This document shows, piece after piece, positions 8,733 to 52,779 of a stretch of 64,000 nucleotides of DNA (its first letter is position 1; every line of letters begins with the position of its first letter). The stretch is taken from assembly GCA_030390025.1 (NCBI GenBank), contig CM059431.1:146012001-146076000 (forward strand), read 5' to 3'. The stretch is from Squalus acanthias. Its lineage: Eukaryota. The notes beneath the pieces are model-generated. The model searched no databases. It saw only the letters and a list, made by a program, of their open reading frames with translations, and was not told the origin of the DNA. Position numbers and translations under genes: made by a program.

Positions 8733-9596
8733 GAGAGAGACAGAGAGAGAGAGAGACAGAGAGAGAGAGAGACAGAGAGAGAGAGAGACAGAGAGAGAGA
8801 GAGACCGAGAGAGAGAGAGAGACAGAGAGAGAGAGACCGAGAGAAAGATAGAGACAGAGGGACAGAGATAGAGAGAGAGACAGAGAGAGAGAGAGAAGAA
8901 GAGAGAGAGACAGAGAGAGAGAGCGAGATACAGACAAAGAGAGAGAGACAGAGAGTGGCAGACAGACTGAGTTATAGAGAGACAGACAGAGAGAGTGGGA
9001 CAGAGATGGAGAGAGACAGACAGAGAGAGGAAGAGTGAGGGAGAGAGAGAGAGAGGTACAGAGAGAGAGGAAGAGAAAATGTATGAGAGAGACAGAGAGA
9101 GAAAGAGAGTGACAGACAGACAGACGAATAGAGAGATAGATAGAGTGAGAGACAGAGAGAGAGAGACAGAGAGAGGAAGATAGAGACAGAGGGAGAGGGA
9201 GATACACAGAGAGTGACAGAGAGAGACAAAGGCCGAGATGGAGAGAGAGAGAGACAGAGAGAGACAGAGGCAGAGACAGAGAGAGAGAGGCAGAGAAAGA
9301 GTGAGACAGAGAGAAAGATAGAGACTGAGAGAGCAAGTGACAGAGAGAGACAGACAGAGAGAGGAAGAGTGGGAGAGAGACAAAGAGAAAGAGACAGAGA
9401 GAGAGATAGACAGAGAGAGCCAGAGAGACAGAGAGAGAGACAGAGAGAGAGACACAGTGAGAGCCAGAGAGACAGAGAGAGAGACACAGTGAGAGCCAGA
9501 GAGAGAGAGAGTGTTTGAGATAGAGAGATAGAGAAAGAGACAGAAGAGAGAGAAAGTGAGAGAGACACAGAGTGACAGAGAGAAAGAGTGACAGAG

Positions 9597-9650
<54 letters not shown>

Positions 9651-12291
9651 CAGAGATAGGAAGACAGACAGAGAGAGAGAGAGAAAGAGACAGACTGAGA
9701 GATAGATAGACAGAGCCAGAGAGACAGAGAGAGAGTGTTAGATAGAGATAGAAAAAGAGTCAGAGAGAGAGAGAAAGAAAGTGAGAGAGACACAGAGTGA
9801 CAGAGAGAAAGAGTGACATGAGAGAGGCAAAGAGAGAGAGACAGAGAGACAGAGAGAGAGACAGCGAGAGAGACATAGAGAGAGAGCGAGATAGATACAA
9901 ACAGAGAGAGACAGAGAGTGACAGACAGAGAGATAGAGAGAGAGATAGAGACAGACAGAGACAGAGATGGAGAGAGAGAGACAGAGAGAGGGACAGAGAG
10001 TGACAGACAGGCTGAGTTATAGTGATAGACAGAGAGAGTGGGACTGAGACGGAGAGAGAGAGACAGAGAGAGACAGAGAGAAGAGAGAGACAGAGAGAGG
10101 AAGAGTGAGGGAGAGAGAGAAAAAGTAAGAGAGAGACAGAGAGAGACAGAGAGAGAGAGACAGAGAGATGGAGAGAGATACAGAGACAGAGTAAAACAGA
10201 GAGAGAGAGAGACTGAGAGAGAGAAGGAGAGAGAGTGACAGAGAGAGAGGCAGAGATGTGGAGAGAGAGAGAGAGAGGCAGAGATGTTGAGAGACTGAAA
10301 CTGAGAGTGAGAGAGAGAGAGTCAGACAGAGAGACAGAGAGAAAGAGTCAGAGAGAGAAAGAGAAAGAGAGAGAGAGACAGAGCGAGAAAGAGAGAGAGA
10401 GAGACAGACAGAGAGACTGAGACAGAGAGAGAGAGAGAGAGTGAAAGAGACCGAGAGAGAGAGACAGAGAGAGAGCGAGAGAGAGAAAGAGCTAGAAAGA
10501 GATAGACAGACAGAGCCAGAGAGAGAGCGAGACAGACACAGAGAGAGACAAAGAGAGAGACAAAGAGAGAGTCACAGAGGAAGAGACAGAGAGATAGAGA
10601 GAGAGAGATAGAGACGGAGAGAGAGAGACAGGGACAGAGAGAGGAAGAGTGAGAGAGAGACAGAGAGAGAGAGAGACAGAGAGAGAGAGAAAACGCGAGA
10701 GAGAGACAGACTGAGAGGGAGATACACAGAGAGAGACAGAGAGAGAGAAAGGCCGAGACGGAGAGAGAGACAGAGAGAGACCGAGGCAGAGACAGAGAGA
10801 GAGAGACAGAGAGACAGAGAAAGAGTGAGACAGAGAGAAAGATAGAGACTGAGGGAGCGAGTGACAGAGAGAGACAGAGAGAGAGAGATAGAGAGAGGAA
10901 GAGTTAGAGAGAGAGACAAAGAGAAAGAGACAGAGAGAGATAGACAGACTGAGCCAGAGAGACAGAGAGAGAGACACAGTGAGAGCCAGAGAGAGAGAGA
11001 GAGTGTGAGATAGAGAGATAGAGAAAGAGACAGAGAGAGAGAGAAAGTGAGAGAGAGAGAGAGTGACAGAGAGAGGCAAAGAGAGAGAGAGAGACAGAGA
11101 GAGAGAGACAGAGAGAGAGGGACAGAACGAGAAAGAGAGAGAGACAGAGTGGCAGACAGAGAGTTAGAGAGAGACAGAGAGAGAGAGGCAGAGACGGAGA
11201 GAGAGAGACATGGACAGAGAGAAAGAAATTGTGAGAGAGAGACTGAGAGAGAGGGAGAGACACAGAGAGAGACAGAGCGAGAGATAGAGAGAGAGAAAGA
11301 GAAAAAGTGAGAGCGTGACAGAGGGACAGAGAGACACAGAGACAGAGACAGAAAAAGTGGGAGAGACAGAGAGAGAGTGAGACTGAAAGAGAGGGAGCGA
11401 CGCTGAGAGAGAGAGAGAAACAGAGTGAGCGAGTCAGAGATGGAGAGTGAGGGAGAGAGAGAGACAGAGAGAGAGACAGTGAAAGAGAGAGAGACAGAGA
11501 AAGAGAGAGACAGAGAGAGACTGAGAGAGACAGAGAGAGAGATAGAGAGAGACAGAGAGAGACACAGAGAGAGACAGAGAGAGACACAGAGAGAGATGGA
11601 GAGAGAGATAGAGAGAGACAGAGAGAGAGGGAGAGACACAGAGAGAGGGAGAGACACAGAGAGAGAGAGAGAGAGAGGCAAAGAGACAGAGAGAGAGAGT
11701 CAGAGAGAGAGTGACAGAAACGGAGAGAGAGAGGCAGAGAGAGAGAGACATAGAGTTATAGAGCGAGACAGAGAGAGAAAATGTGAGAGAGAGACAGAGA
11801 GTGAGGGAGAGATACAGAGAGAGAAAGAGCGAGAGATAGAGAGAGAGAAAGAGAAAAGGTGAGAGCGAGACAGAGGGACAGAGAGACAGAGAGAGAGAGA
11901 AAGTGAGAGACACAGAGACAGAGACAGAAAAAGTTAGAGAGAAACAGAGAGAGAGTGAGACTGAAAGAGGGGAAGAGAGACTGAGAGAGGGAGAGAGACT
12001 GAGAGAGAGAGAGAGACAGAGGGAGAGAGAGACAGAGATAGAGAGACAGAGATAGAGAGACACAGAGAGAGACAGAGAGAGAGAGACAGAGAGACAGAGA
12101 GAGACACACACAGAGAGAGAGAGAGAGAGGCAGAGACAGAGAGAGAGAGACAGAGAGAGAGACATAGAGTTATAGAGAGACAAACAGAGAGAGTGGGACA
12201 GAGACGGAGAGAGAGAGAGACAGAGAGAGGAAGAGAGAGACAGAAAGAGAGACAGAGAGTGACAGACAGACAGAGATAGAGAGAGACAGAC

Positions 12292-12322
<31 letters not shown>

Positions 12323-13977
12323 GAGAGTGGGACAGAGATGGAAAGGGAGAGACAGAGAGAGACAGAGAGAGGAAGAGTGAGAGAGTGAGAGAAAAAGTAT
12401 GAGAGACAGAGAGAGAGAGGCAGAGAGAGAGAGACAGAGTGAGAGAGAGAGACAGGGAGAGAGAGGCAGAGGCAGAGACAGAGAGAGAGAATCAGAGAAA
12501 GAGAGACAGAGAGAGACAGACAGAGAGAGAGAGAGACAGAGAGAGAGGGAGAGAGACTGAGAGAGAGAGAGAAACAGTGAGAGTGAGTCAGAGATGGAGA
12601 GTGAGGGAGAGAGAGAGACAGAGAGAGAGACAGTGAAAGATAGAGAGACAGAGAGAGAGAGAGACAGAGAGAGAGACACAGAGAGAGAGAGAGGCAGAGA
12701 CAGAGAGAGAGAGACAGAGAGAGGGACAGAGACGGAGAGAGAGAAATTGAGAAAGAGAGACATAGAGTTATAGAGAGACAAACAGAGAGTGTGGGACAGA
12801 GACGGAGAGAGAGAGTCAGAGAGAGGAAGAGAGAGACAGAGAGAGAGACAGAGAGTGACAGACAGACAGAGAGATAGAGAGAGACAGAGAGAGAGAGAGA
12901 GACAGACAGACAGGGAGAGTGGGACAGAGATGGAAAGGGAGAGTCAGAGAGAGGAAGAGTGAGAGAGTGAGAGAAAAAGTATGAGAGACAGAGAGAGAGG
13001 CAGAGAGAGAGAGACAGAGTGAGAGAGAGAGAAAGGGAGAGAGAGACAGAGGCAGAGACAGAGAGACAGAGAGAGAGAATCAGAGAAAGAGAGACAGAGA
13101 GAGAGAGACAGACAGAGAGAGAGAGACAGAGAGAGAGGGAGAGAGAGCGATAGAGAGAAAGAAAAGGCGAGAGACAGAGATAGAGAGACAAATAGAGAGA
13201 TAGAGACAGAGAGAGAGAGAGACAGAGAGACAGAGACAGAGAGAGACACAGAGAGTGAGAGACAGAGAGAGAGACATAGAGACCGAGAGAGAGAGAGTGA
13301 CAGAGAGACAGAGAGAGAGACACAGAGTGAGACACAGAGAGAGACCGAGAGAGACAGAGGGAGAGAGAGACAGAGAGAGAGGCAGAGACAGAGAGAGAGG
13401 CAGAGACGGAGAAGAGAGGCAGAGATAGAGAGAGGGAGACCGAAAAGACAGAGAGAGAGAGACCGTGAGAGAGAGATAGAGACAGAGATAGAGAGAGAGA
13501 GAGAGAGTGACAGAGAGAGATGAAGAGAGAGTGACAGAAAGAGGGAGAGGCAGCGACAGAGACAGAGGCAGAGATGGAGAGAGACAGAGAGAGAGTGACT
13601 GAGAGAGAGCGAGACAGAGAGAGAGAGACAGAGAGAGAGCGAGATACAGACAAAGAGAGAGAGACAGAGAGTAGCAGACAGACTGAGTTATAGAGAGACA
13701 GACAAAGAGAGTGGGGCAGAGATGGAGAGAGAGAGAGACAGAGAAAGGAAGAGAGAGACAGCGAGAGAGAGAGAGACAGACAGAGAGAGAGAGACAGAGT
13801 AAGACAGAGAGAGAGAGAGACTGAGAGAGAGATGGAGAGAGAGTGACAGAGAGAGCCAGAGACGAAGAGAGAGAGAGAGAGAGACAGCAAGAGAGAAAGA
13901 GAGAGACAGAGCGAGAGAGACAGAGAGAAAGAGCGAGATAGAGACAGAGAGAGAGAGACAGAGAGTGACAGACAGAC

Positions 13978-14010
<33 letters not shown>

Positions 14011-15413
14011 CAGACAGAGAGAGAGAGACAGAGATGGATAGATAGAGACAGAGAGAGAGAGACAGAGAGAGAGAGAGACAGCAAAAGTGAGAAAGAGAGA
14101 CAGAGAGAGAGAGAGAGACGGAGAGAGAGCAAGTCAGAAATGGAGAGTGAGGGAGAGAGACAGAGAAACAAGAGAGAGAGACAGCAAGAGACAGACAGAG
14201 ATAGAGAGACAGCAAGAGAGAAAGAGTGAGAGAGCGAGTCAGAGATGGAGAGTGAGGAAGAGAGACAGAGAAGGAGACAGAGAGAGAAAGAGAGAAAGTG
14301 AGAGAGACACAGAGAGACAGGAGAGAGACAGAGAGAGGAAGAGTGAGAGATAGAGACAGTGAGAGAGAGACGGATAGAGAGAGAGAGACAGAGACAGAGA
14401 GAGAGAGAGAGACAGAGGGAGAGAGACAGATATAAAGAGCAAGACAGAGAGAGAGAGAGAGAGAGACAGAGAGACAGAGAGAGAGACAAAGAGAGAGAGA
14501 GACAGAGAGAACGACAGAAAGAGAAATAGGCAGAGACGGAGAGAGAGAGGCAGAGACGGAGAGAAGTATGAGAGAGATAGAGAGAGAGACAGAGAGACAG
14601 AAAGAGAGTGGGCCAGAGACAGAGAGAGACAGAGAGAGACAGTGAGAGAGAGACAGAGAGTGACAGAGAGAGAGACAGAGAGACAGATAGAGAGGCAGAG
14701 CGAGAGAGACAGAGAGAGAGAGACAGTGAGAGAGAGACAGAGAGAGAGAAAGAGAGTCAGAGAGAGAGAGTGAGAGGCAGAGAGAGAGAGAGACAGAGAG
14801 AGAGAGACAGTGAGAGAGAGAGACAGATAGAGAGAGACAGACAGAGAGAGAGATGGAGAAAGAGTGACAGGGAGAGAGTCAGACAGAGAAACAGAGAGAG
14901 AGAGACAGAGAGAGACAGAGCGAGATAGAGACAAAGAGAGAGGCAGAGAGTGACAGAGAGAGAGACAGAGAGACAGAGAGAGCGTCAGAGAGAGAGACAG
15001 AGAGAGAGAGAGTGAGAGGCAGAGAGAGAGAGACAGAGAGACAGAGAGAGAGAGCAAGATAGAGACAAAGAGAGAGACAGAGAGTGAGAGAGACAGAGAG
15101 AGAGACAGAGAGAGGAAGAGTGAGAGAGACAGAGAGAGACAGAGCGAGGACGAGTGAGACAGAGAGAGGAAGAGAGACAGAGAGAAAGAAAGAGACAGAG
15201 AGAGAGATAGACAGACAGAGCCAGAGAGATATAGAGAGACAGGGAGAGAGAGAGAGAGAAAAAGTGAGAGAGAGACATAGAGGAGGAAGAGAGAGAGAGA
15301 GAGAGAAAGTGAGAGACACAGAGACAGAGAGAGAGACCGAAAAAGTGAAAGACAGAGAGAGTGAGACTGAAAGACAGTGAGACTGAGAGAGAGAGAGACA
15401 GCAAAAGAGAGAA

Positions 15414-15446
<33 letters not shown>

Positions 15447-16930
15447 CGGAGAGAGAGGGAGTCACAGATGGAGAGGGAGGGAGAGAGAGACAGAGAAACA
15501 GAGAGAGTGAGACAGCGAGAGATAGACAGAGAGATAGAGGGAGTCAGAGAGAAAGAGAGACAGAGAGAGAGAGACAGCAAGAGTGAAAGAGAGAAAGCGA
15601 GTCAGAGATGGAGAGTGAGGGAGAGAGAGACAGAGAAACAGACAGAGAGAGACAGAAAGAAAGAGACAGCAAAAGTGAGTGAGACAGAGAGAGAGACAGA
15701 GAGAGAAAGACAGAGAGTGAGAGAGACAGAGAGAGAGACAGAAAAAGTGAGAGAGAGACCGAGAGACAGAGAGACAGAGAGAGACCGAGTGAGAGGCAGA
15801 GAACGAGAGAGAGGCAGAAACGGAGAGAGAGGCAGAGACGGAGAGAGAGTCAGAGACGGAGAGCGAGAGAGACCGAGAGACAGAGAAAGACAGAGAGAGA
15901 GAGACCGAGAGACAGAGATAGAGAGACAGAGAGAGAGATGGAGAGAGAGAGGCAGAGATGGAGAGAGAGAGATACAGAGAGAGTGACAGAGAGAGAGAGA
16001 GACACAGAGAGAGAGAGATAGAGAGAGACAGCGAGAGAGAGACAGACAGAGAGAGAGAGACAGAGAGAGAGAGAGACAGAGAAACCAAGAGACAGAGAGA
16101 CAGCATGGGAGTCAGAGACGCAGAGAGAGAGGCAGAGATGGAGAGAGAGAGACAGAAGCAGAGATGGAGAGAGAGACAGCGAGAGAGTGACAGAGAGAGT
16201 TACCGAGAGAGAGAGAGTGAGAGATACAGTGAGAGAGAGAGAGACAGAGAGAGAGAGAGACAGAGGGAGAGAGACAGCGAGAGAGAGAGAGAGAGGCAGT
16301 GAGAGAGACAGAAGAGAAAAAGTGAGAGCGTGACAGAGGGACAGGGAGACAGAGAGAGAGAGAGAAAGTGAGAGACACAGAGACGGAGAGAGTGACAGAA
16401 AAAGTGAGAGAGAGCGAGATATGAGACTGAAAGACAGTGAGACAGAGAGAGAGAGAGAGAGACAGCAAAAGAGAGAAAGAGAGAAGAGAGAGAGCGAGTC
16501 AGAGTTGGAGAGTGAGGGAGAGATAGAGACAGAGAAACAGAGAGAGAGAGACAGTGAGAGATAGACAGAGAGATAGAGAGAGACAGAGAAAGAGACAGAG
16601 AGAAAGAGACAGAGAGAAAGAAAGACAGAGAGAGAGAGAGAGAAAGTGAGCGAGATACGGAGACAGAGAGAGAGAGACAGAGAGAGAGAAAGAGATAGAG
16701 ACAGAGAGAGACAGAGAGAGACAGACTGAGAGAGAGTCAGAGAGAGAGAGATAGAGACAGAGAGAGAGAGACAGAGAGAGACAGACAGAAAGAGAGAGAG
16801 AGACAGAGAGAGAGACACAGAAAGACAGAGTGACGGTGCGAGACAGAGAAACAGACAGACAGACAGACAGAGACAGACAGACAGAGAGAGAGAGACAGTC
16901 AGAGAGACAGTCAGAGAGAGTGACAGAGAG
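8260..16930. repeat. Degenerate (AG)n/(AGAC)n purine-rich microsatellite, ~8.7 kb (also 7167-7324)
   Basis: Near-continuous GA/GACA repeats. The ORFs here are only ER or SL dipeptide runs. Confidence 0.97.
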
Positions 16931-17014
16931 GTGGACGGGGAGGGAGGGAGATAGTCCGATGGTGACTTTTCGGTTTGATGCCTTTAAGCCGGAGCCTCGC
17001 CCTCCTGGGCCACG

Positions 17015-17084
17015 GTTGCCGTGGCGATGGGAGCAGGCTGGGCCCAGTCAGTCAGGGAAGACCTCGATCTGCAGGCTGGTGAGT
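17015..17084 (+). promoter_or_regulatory. Candidate promoter and first (probably non-coding) exon of the ALDH3B gene
   Basis: A short unique GC-rich island upstream of the gene, between repeats. It has an X-box-like GTTGCCGTGGCGAT (17015-17028) and a strong donor CTG|GTGAGT (GT at 17079). The first coding exon has its own acceptor, so an upstream exon is expected. Confidence 0.4.
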
Positions 17085-17118
17085 GAGAGCGGGCTGGAGA
17101 GCAATTACCCCGGCCCCG

Positions 17119-17390
17119 ACACCCGAACCCTGACCCTGAAACCCCCGACCCTGACCCTGAACCCCCGACCCCAATCCCTGAACCCCCGAGCCCAAACCCT
17201 CAACCCCCGACCCCAAACCCTCAACCCCGCAACTCCTGAATCCCTCGACCACAAACCTTGAACCCCCGACCCCAAACCCTCAGCCCCGCAACTCCTGAAT
17301 CCCACGACTCCAAACCCTGAACCCCACGACCCCAAACCCTGAACCACGCAGCTCCTGACCCCGAACCCCGGACACCGCAACCCCTGAACT
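17119..17390. repeat. ~21-bp C-rich tandem repeat (aaaccctgaacccccgacccc)
   Basis: Repeated aaccct/cccga units; the opposite strand is G-rich. Confidence 0.85.
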
Positions 17391-20300
17391 CCACGACAGG
17401 AGTGAATCGCTCCCTTTTACCCGCTGTGTGTACTGTACATGTACAGGAGCTGACACTGAGACACACACAGGCCGTACAGTAACAGAGGGAGTGAATCGTT
17501 CCTTTTACCCGCTGTGTGTGCTGTACATGTACAGAAGCTGACACTGAGACACACACAGGCCGTACAGTACCAGACGGGAGTGAATTGTTCCCTTTTACCT
17601 GCTCTGTGTACTGTACATGTATAGGAGCTGATACTGAGACACACATGGGCCGTACAGTACCAGACGGGAGTGAATCGCTCCCTTTTATCCACTGTGTGTA
17701 CTGTACATGTACAGGAGCTGACACTGAGACACACACAGGCCGTACAGTACCAGACGGGAGTGAATCGTTCCCTTTTATCCACTGTGTGTACTGTACATGT
17801 ACAGTAGCTGACAGTGAGTCACACACGGGCCGTACAGTACCAGACGGGAGTGAATTGTTCCCTTTTACCTGCTCTGTGTACTGTACATGTATAGGAGCTG
17901 ATATTGAGACACACACGGGCCGTACAGTACCAGACGGGTGTGAATCAATCCCTTTTACCCGCTGTGTACTGTACATGTACAGGAGCTGACACTGAAACAC
18001 ACACGGGCCGTACAGTATCAGACGGGAGTGAATCGTTCCTTTTACCCGCTGTGTGTGCTGTACATGTTCAGTACCTGACACTGAGACACACACGGGCCGT
18101 TCTGTATCATATGGGAATGAATCTTTCCCTTTTACCTGCTGTGTGTACTGTCCATGTATAGGAGCTGACACTGAGACACACACGGGCTGTACAGTACCAG
18201 ACGGGTGTGAATCGTTCCCTTTTTCCCGCTGTGTACTGGACATGTACAGGAGCTGTCACTAAGGCTCACACGGGGCCGTACAGCACCAGACAGGAGTGAA
18301 TCGTTCCCTTTACCCGCTGTGTGTACTGCACATGTACAGGAGCTGATACTGAGGCACACACGGGCCGTGCAGTACCAGAAGGGAGTGAATCATTCCCTAA
18401 TACCCGCTGTGTGTGCTGTACATGTTCAGGACCTGACACTGAGACACACACGGGCCGTTCAGTATCATATGGGAATGAAATCTTTCCCTTTTACCCGCTG
18501 TGTGTACTGTCCATGTACAGGAGCTGACACTGGGTCACACACGGGCCGTACAGTACCAGACGGGTGTGAATCGTTCCCTTTTACCCGCTGTATACTGAAC
18601 ATGTACAGGAGCTGACACTGAGACACACGGGCCGTACAGTACCAGACGGGAGTGAATCGCTCCCTTTTACCCGCTGTTTATACTGGACATGTACAGGAGC
18701 TGTCACTGAGACACACACGGGCCGTACAATACCAGACAGGAGTGAATCGTTCCCTTTACCCGCTGTGTGTACTGCACATGTACAGGAGCTGACACTGAGA
18801 CACACACGGGCCGTACACTAGCAGACGGGAGTGAATTGTTCCCTTTTAACCGCTGTCTGTACTGTACATGTACAGGAGCTGACACTGAGACACATACGGG
18901 CCGTACAGTACCAGACGGGAGTGAATCATTCTCTTTTTCCCGCTGTGTGTACTGTACATGTACAGGAGCTGACACTGAGACACACATGGGCCGTTCAGTA
19001 GCAGACGGGTGTGAATCGTTCCCTTTTACCCGCTGTGTGTACTGTACATGTATAGGAGCTGACATTGAGACACACATGGGCTGTACAGTACCAGACGGGA
19101 GTGAATCGTTCCTTTTACCCGCTGTGTGTACTGTACATGTACAGGAGCTGACACTGAGACACACACGGGCCGTTCAGTATCAGACAGGAAGAAATCTTTC
19201 CCTTTGACCCGCTGTGTACTGTACATGTCCCGGAGCTGACACTGAGACACACACTGGCCGTTCAGTACCAGACTTAAGTGAATCGTTCCGTTCTACCCGC
19301 TGTGTGTACTGTACATGTACAGGAGCTGAAAACTGAGACACACACGTGCCATACATTACCAGACGGGAGTGAATCATTCCCTTCTACCCGCAGTGTACTG
19401 TACATGTACAAGAGCCGACACTGAGACACACACGGGCCATACAGTACCAGACGGGAGTGAATCTTTCCCCATTACCCGCTGTGTGTACTGTCAATGTAAA
19501 GGAGCTGACACTGAGACACACACGGGCTGTACAGTACCAGACTGAAGTGAATTGTTCCCTTTTACCCGCTATGTGTACTGTACATGTACAGGAGCTGACA
19601 CTGAGACACACACGGGCTGTACAGTACCAGACGGGAGTGAATCGCTCCCTTTTACCCACTGTGTGTGCTGTACATCTACAGGAGCTGACACTGAGACACA
19701 CACGGACTGTACAGTACCAGATGGGAGTGAATCGTTCCCTTTTACCCGCTGTGTGCTGTACATGTACAGGAGCTGACACTGAGACACACACGGGCCGTAC
19801 AGTACCAGACGGGAGCGAATCGTTCACTTTTACCAGCTGTGTGTACTGTCCATGTACAGGAGCTGACACTGAGACACACACGGGCCGTACAGCACCAGAC
19901 GGGAGTGAATTGTTCCCTTTTACCCGCTGTGTACTGTACATGTACAGGAGCTGACATTGAGACACACACGGGCCATACAGTACCAGACGGGAGTGAATCT
20001 TTCCCCATTACCCGCTGTGTGTACTGTCAATGTAAAGGAGCTGACACTGAGACACACACGGGCTGTACAGTACCAGACTGAAGTGAATTGTTCCCTTTTA
20101 CCCGCTATGTGTACTGTACATATACAGGAGCTGACACTGAGACACACACGGGCCGTACAGTACCAGACGGGAGCGAATCGTTCACTTTTACCAGCTGTGT
20201 GTACTGTCCATGTACAGGAGCTGACACTGAGACACACACGGGCCGTACAGCACCAGACGGGAGTGAATTGTTCCCTTTTACCCGCTGTGTACTGTCCATG

Positions 20301-22003
20301 TACAGGAGCCGACACTGAGACACACACGGGCCATACAGTACCAGACGGGAGTGAATCTTTCCCCATTACCCGCTGTGTGTACTGTCAATGTAAAGGAGCT
20401 GACACTGAGACACACACGGGCTGTACAGTACCAGACTGAAGTGAATTGTTCCCTTTTACCCGCTATGTGTACTGTACATATACAGGAGCTGACACTGAGA
20501 CACACACGGGCCGTACAGTACCAGACGGGACTGAATCGCTCCCTTTTACCCACTGTGTGTGCTGTACATCTACAGGAGCTGACACTGAGACACACACGGA
20601 CTGTACAGTACCAGATGGGAGTAAATCGTTCCCTTTTACCCGCTGTGTACTGTACATGTACAGGAGCTGACACTGAGACACACTTGGGCCGTACAGTACC
20701 AGACGGGAGCGAATCAATCCCTTTTACCCACTGTGTATACTGTACATGTGCAGGAGCTGACACTGAGACACACACGGGCCATATAGTACCAGACGGAACT
20801 GATTCATTCCCTTTTACCCGCTATGTGTACTGTACATGCACAGGAGCTGACACTGAGACACACACGGGCTGTACAGTTCCAGACGGGAGTGAATCGTTCC
20901 CTTTTACCCGCTGTGTATACTGTACATGTACAGGAGCTGACACTGAGACACACACGGGCCATACAGTACCAGATGGGAGTGAATCATTCCCTTTTACCCG
21001 CTGTGTGTGCTGTCCATGTACAGGAGCTGACACTGAGACACACACAGGCCATACCGTACCAGACGGGAGTGAATCGATCCCTTTTACCTGCTGTGTGTAC
21101 TGTACATGTACAGGAGCTGACACTGAGACACACACAGGCTGTACCGTACCAGACGGGAGTGAATCGTTCCCTTTTACCTGCTGTGTGTACTGTACATGTA
21201 CAGGAGCTGACACTGAGACACACACAGGATGTACCGTACCAGACGGGAGTGAATCGTTCCCTTTTACCCGCTGTGTGTACTGTACATGTACAGGAGCTGA
21301 CACTGAGACACAGATGGGCCGTACAGTACCAGATGGGTGTGAATCGTTCCCTTTTACCCGCTGTGTGCTGTACATGTACAGGAGCTGTCACTGAGACACA
21401 GACAGGCCGTACAGTACCAGATGGGTGTGAATCGTTCCCTTTTACCCGCTGTGTGCTGTACATGTACAGGAGCTGTCACTGAGACACAGACAGGCCGTAC
21501 AGTACCAGATGGGTGTGAATCGTTCCCTTTTACCCGCTGTGTGCTGTACATGTACAGGAGCTGACACTGAGACACACACGGGCCGTACAGTACCAGACGG
21601 GAGCGAATCGTTCACTTTTACAAGCTGTGTGTACTGTCCATGTACAGGAGCTGACACTGAGACACACACAGGCCGTACAGCACCAGACGGGAGTGAATTG
21701 TTCCCTTTTACCCGCTGTGTGTGCTGTACATGTACAGGAGCTGATATTGTGACACATACACGGGCCGTACAGCACCAGACGGGAGTGAATTGTTCCCTTT
21801 TACCCGCTGTGTGTGCTGTACATGTACAGGAGCTGATATTGTGACACATACACGGGCCGTACAGCACCAGACAAGAGTGAATAGTTCCCTTTTACCCGCT
21901 GTGTGTGCTGTACATGTACAGGAGCTGACACTGAGACACACACGGGCCGTACAGTACCAGACGGGAGTGAATCGTTCCCTTTTACCCGCTGTGTGTGCTG
22001 TTC
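17391..22003. repeat. 90-bp minisatellite, ~50 copies
   Basis: Unit ggagtgaatcgttcccttttacccgctgtgtgtactgtacatgtacaggagctgacactgagacacacacgggccgtacagtaccagacg. A period of 90 is seen at 21001/21091/21181. Confidence 0.97.
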
Positions 22004-22678
22004 ATGTGCACAAACCTTTGAAGATGGGAGGACAGCAGTTGATAAAGCACATGGGATCCTGGGCTTTATAGACAGGGTACAAAAGTCCGGAAGTTGTGCT
22101 AAACCTTTCGAAAGCACTAATTCGGCCCGTGCTGGAGGATTGTGTCCAATTCTGGGCACCACACTTTCGGAGGAACGTGAAGGCTTTGGAGAGGGTGCAG
22201 AGGAGATTCACTGAAATGGATCCAGGGCTGAGGGAATACAGTTTTGTGGAGGGACTGGAGAAGCTGGGGTTGTTCTCCTTAGAGCAGAGAGGGCTAAGAG
22301 GAGATTTGACAGAGGAGTTTAAAATCATGAAGTGTTTAGATAGAGTAAATAAAGAGAAACTGTTTGCAATGGCTAAAGGGTCGATAACCAGAGCACACCG
22401 ATTTAAGGTGATTGGCAAAAGAACCAGAGGCGACACGAGGAAAAACATTTTTACGCAGCGAGTGGTTGGGATCTGGAATGCGCTGCCTGAAAGGGCGGTG
22501 GAGGCAGACTCAATCGTAGCCCTCAAAAGGGAATTGGATAAATACTTGAAGGAGAAAGAATTCCAGGGATGGGGGAAAGGACGGGGGAGTGGGACCCACC
22601 GGCTTGCTCTGCGAATGAGCTGGCGCAGACTCGATGGGCCGAATGGCCACCAGTTCTGTACTATTCTGTGAGTCTGTG
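22004..22678 (+). mobile_element. 5'-truncated CR1 LINE (ORF2 C-terminus + 3' UTR)
   Basis: Translation includes LIRPVLEDCVQFWAPH, LERVQRRFT, RGLRGDL and FTQRVVGIWNALP. The 3' end gggccgaatggcc...attctgtgagtctgtg is typical of CR1. Confidence 0.9.
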
Positions 22679-22743
22679 GATAGAACATCCCAGCTGAATA
22701 TCCTGAAAGATTTCTCTGTGATTGTTTTGGCAGACACGGGGCA

Positions 22744-52644
<29,901 letters not shown>

Positions 52645-52779
52645 GCCTGAGGCTGTACCGGGAACTGCACTTCCGCTGCGCTCTGTAAAAGCCCGTATCA
52701 TTGCAGTATTCCCCATTTCTTCTCTGATCGGCTTCAGATCCCCCGGAACTGTTTACTCTTTTTTTCTCCAAAATCCCTG

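Noticed and set aside
8056..16818. Long SLSL/ERER ORFs (up to 818 aa)
   Set aside because: Translations of the AG/CT microsatellite.
17391..22003. CRISPR-like array or Cys-rich repeat protein
   Set aside because: Contiguous 90-bp units with no unique spacers, no cas genes and frequent frameshifts, in a eukaryotic context.
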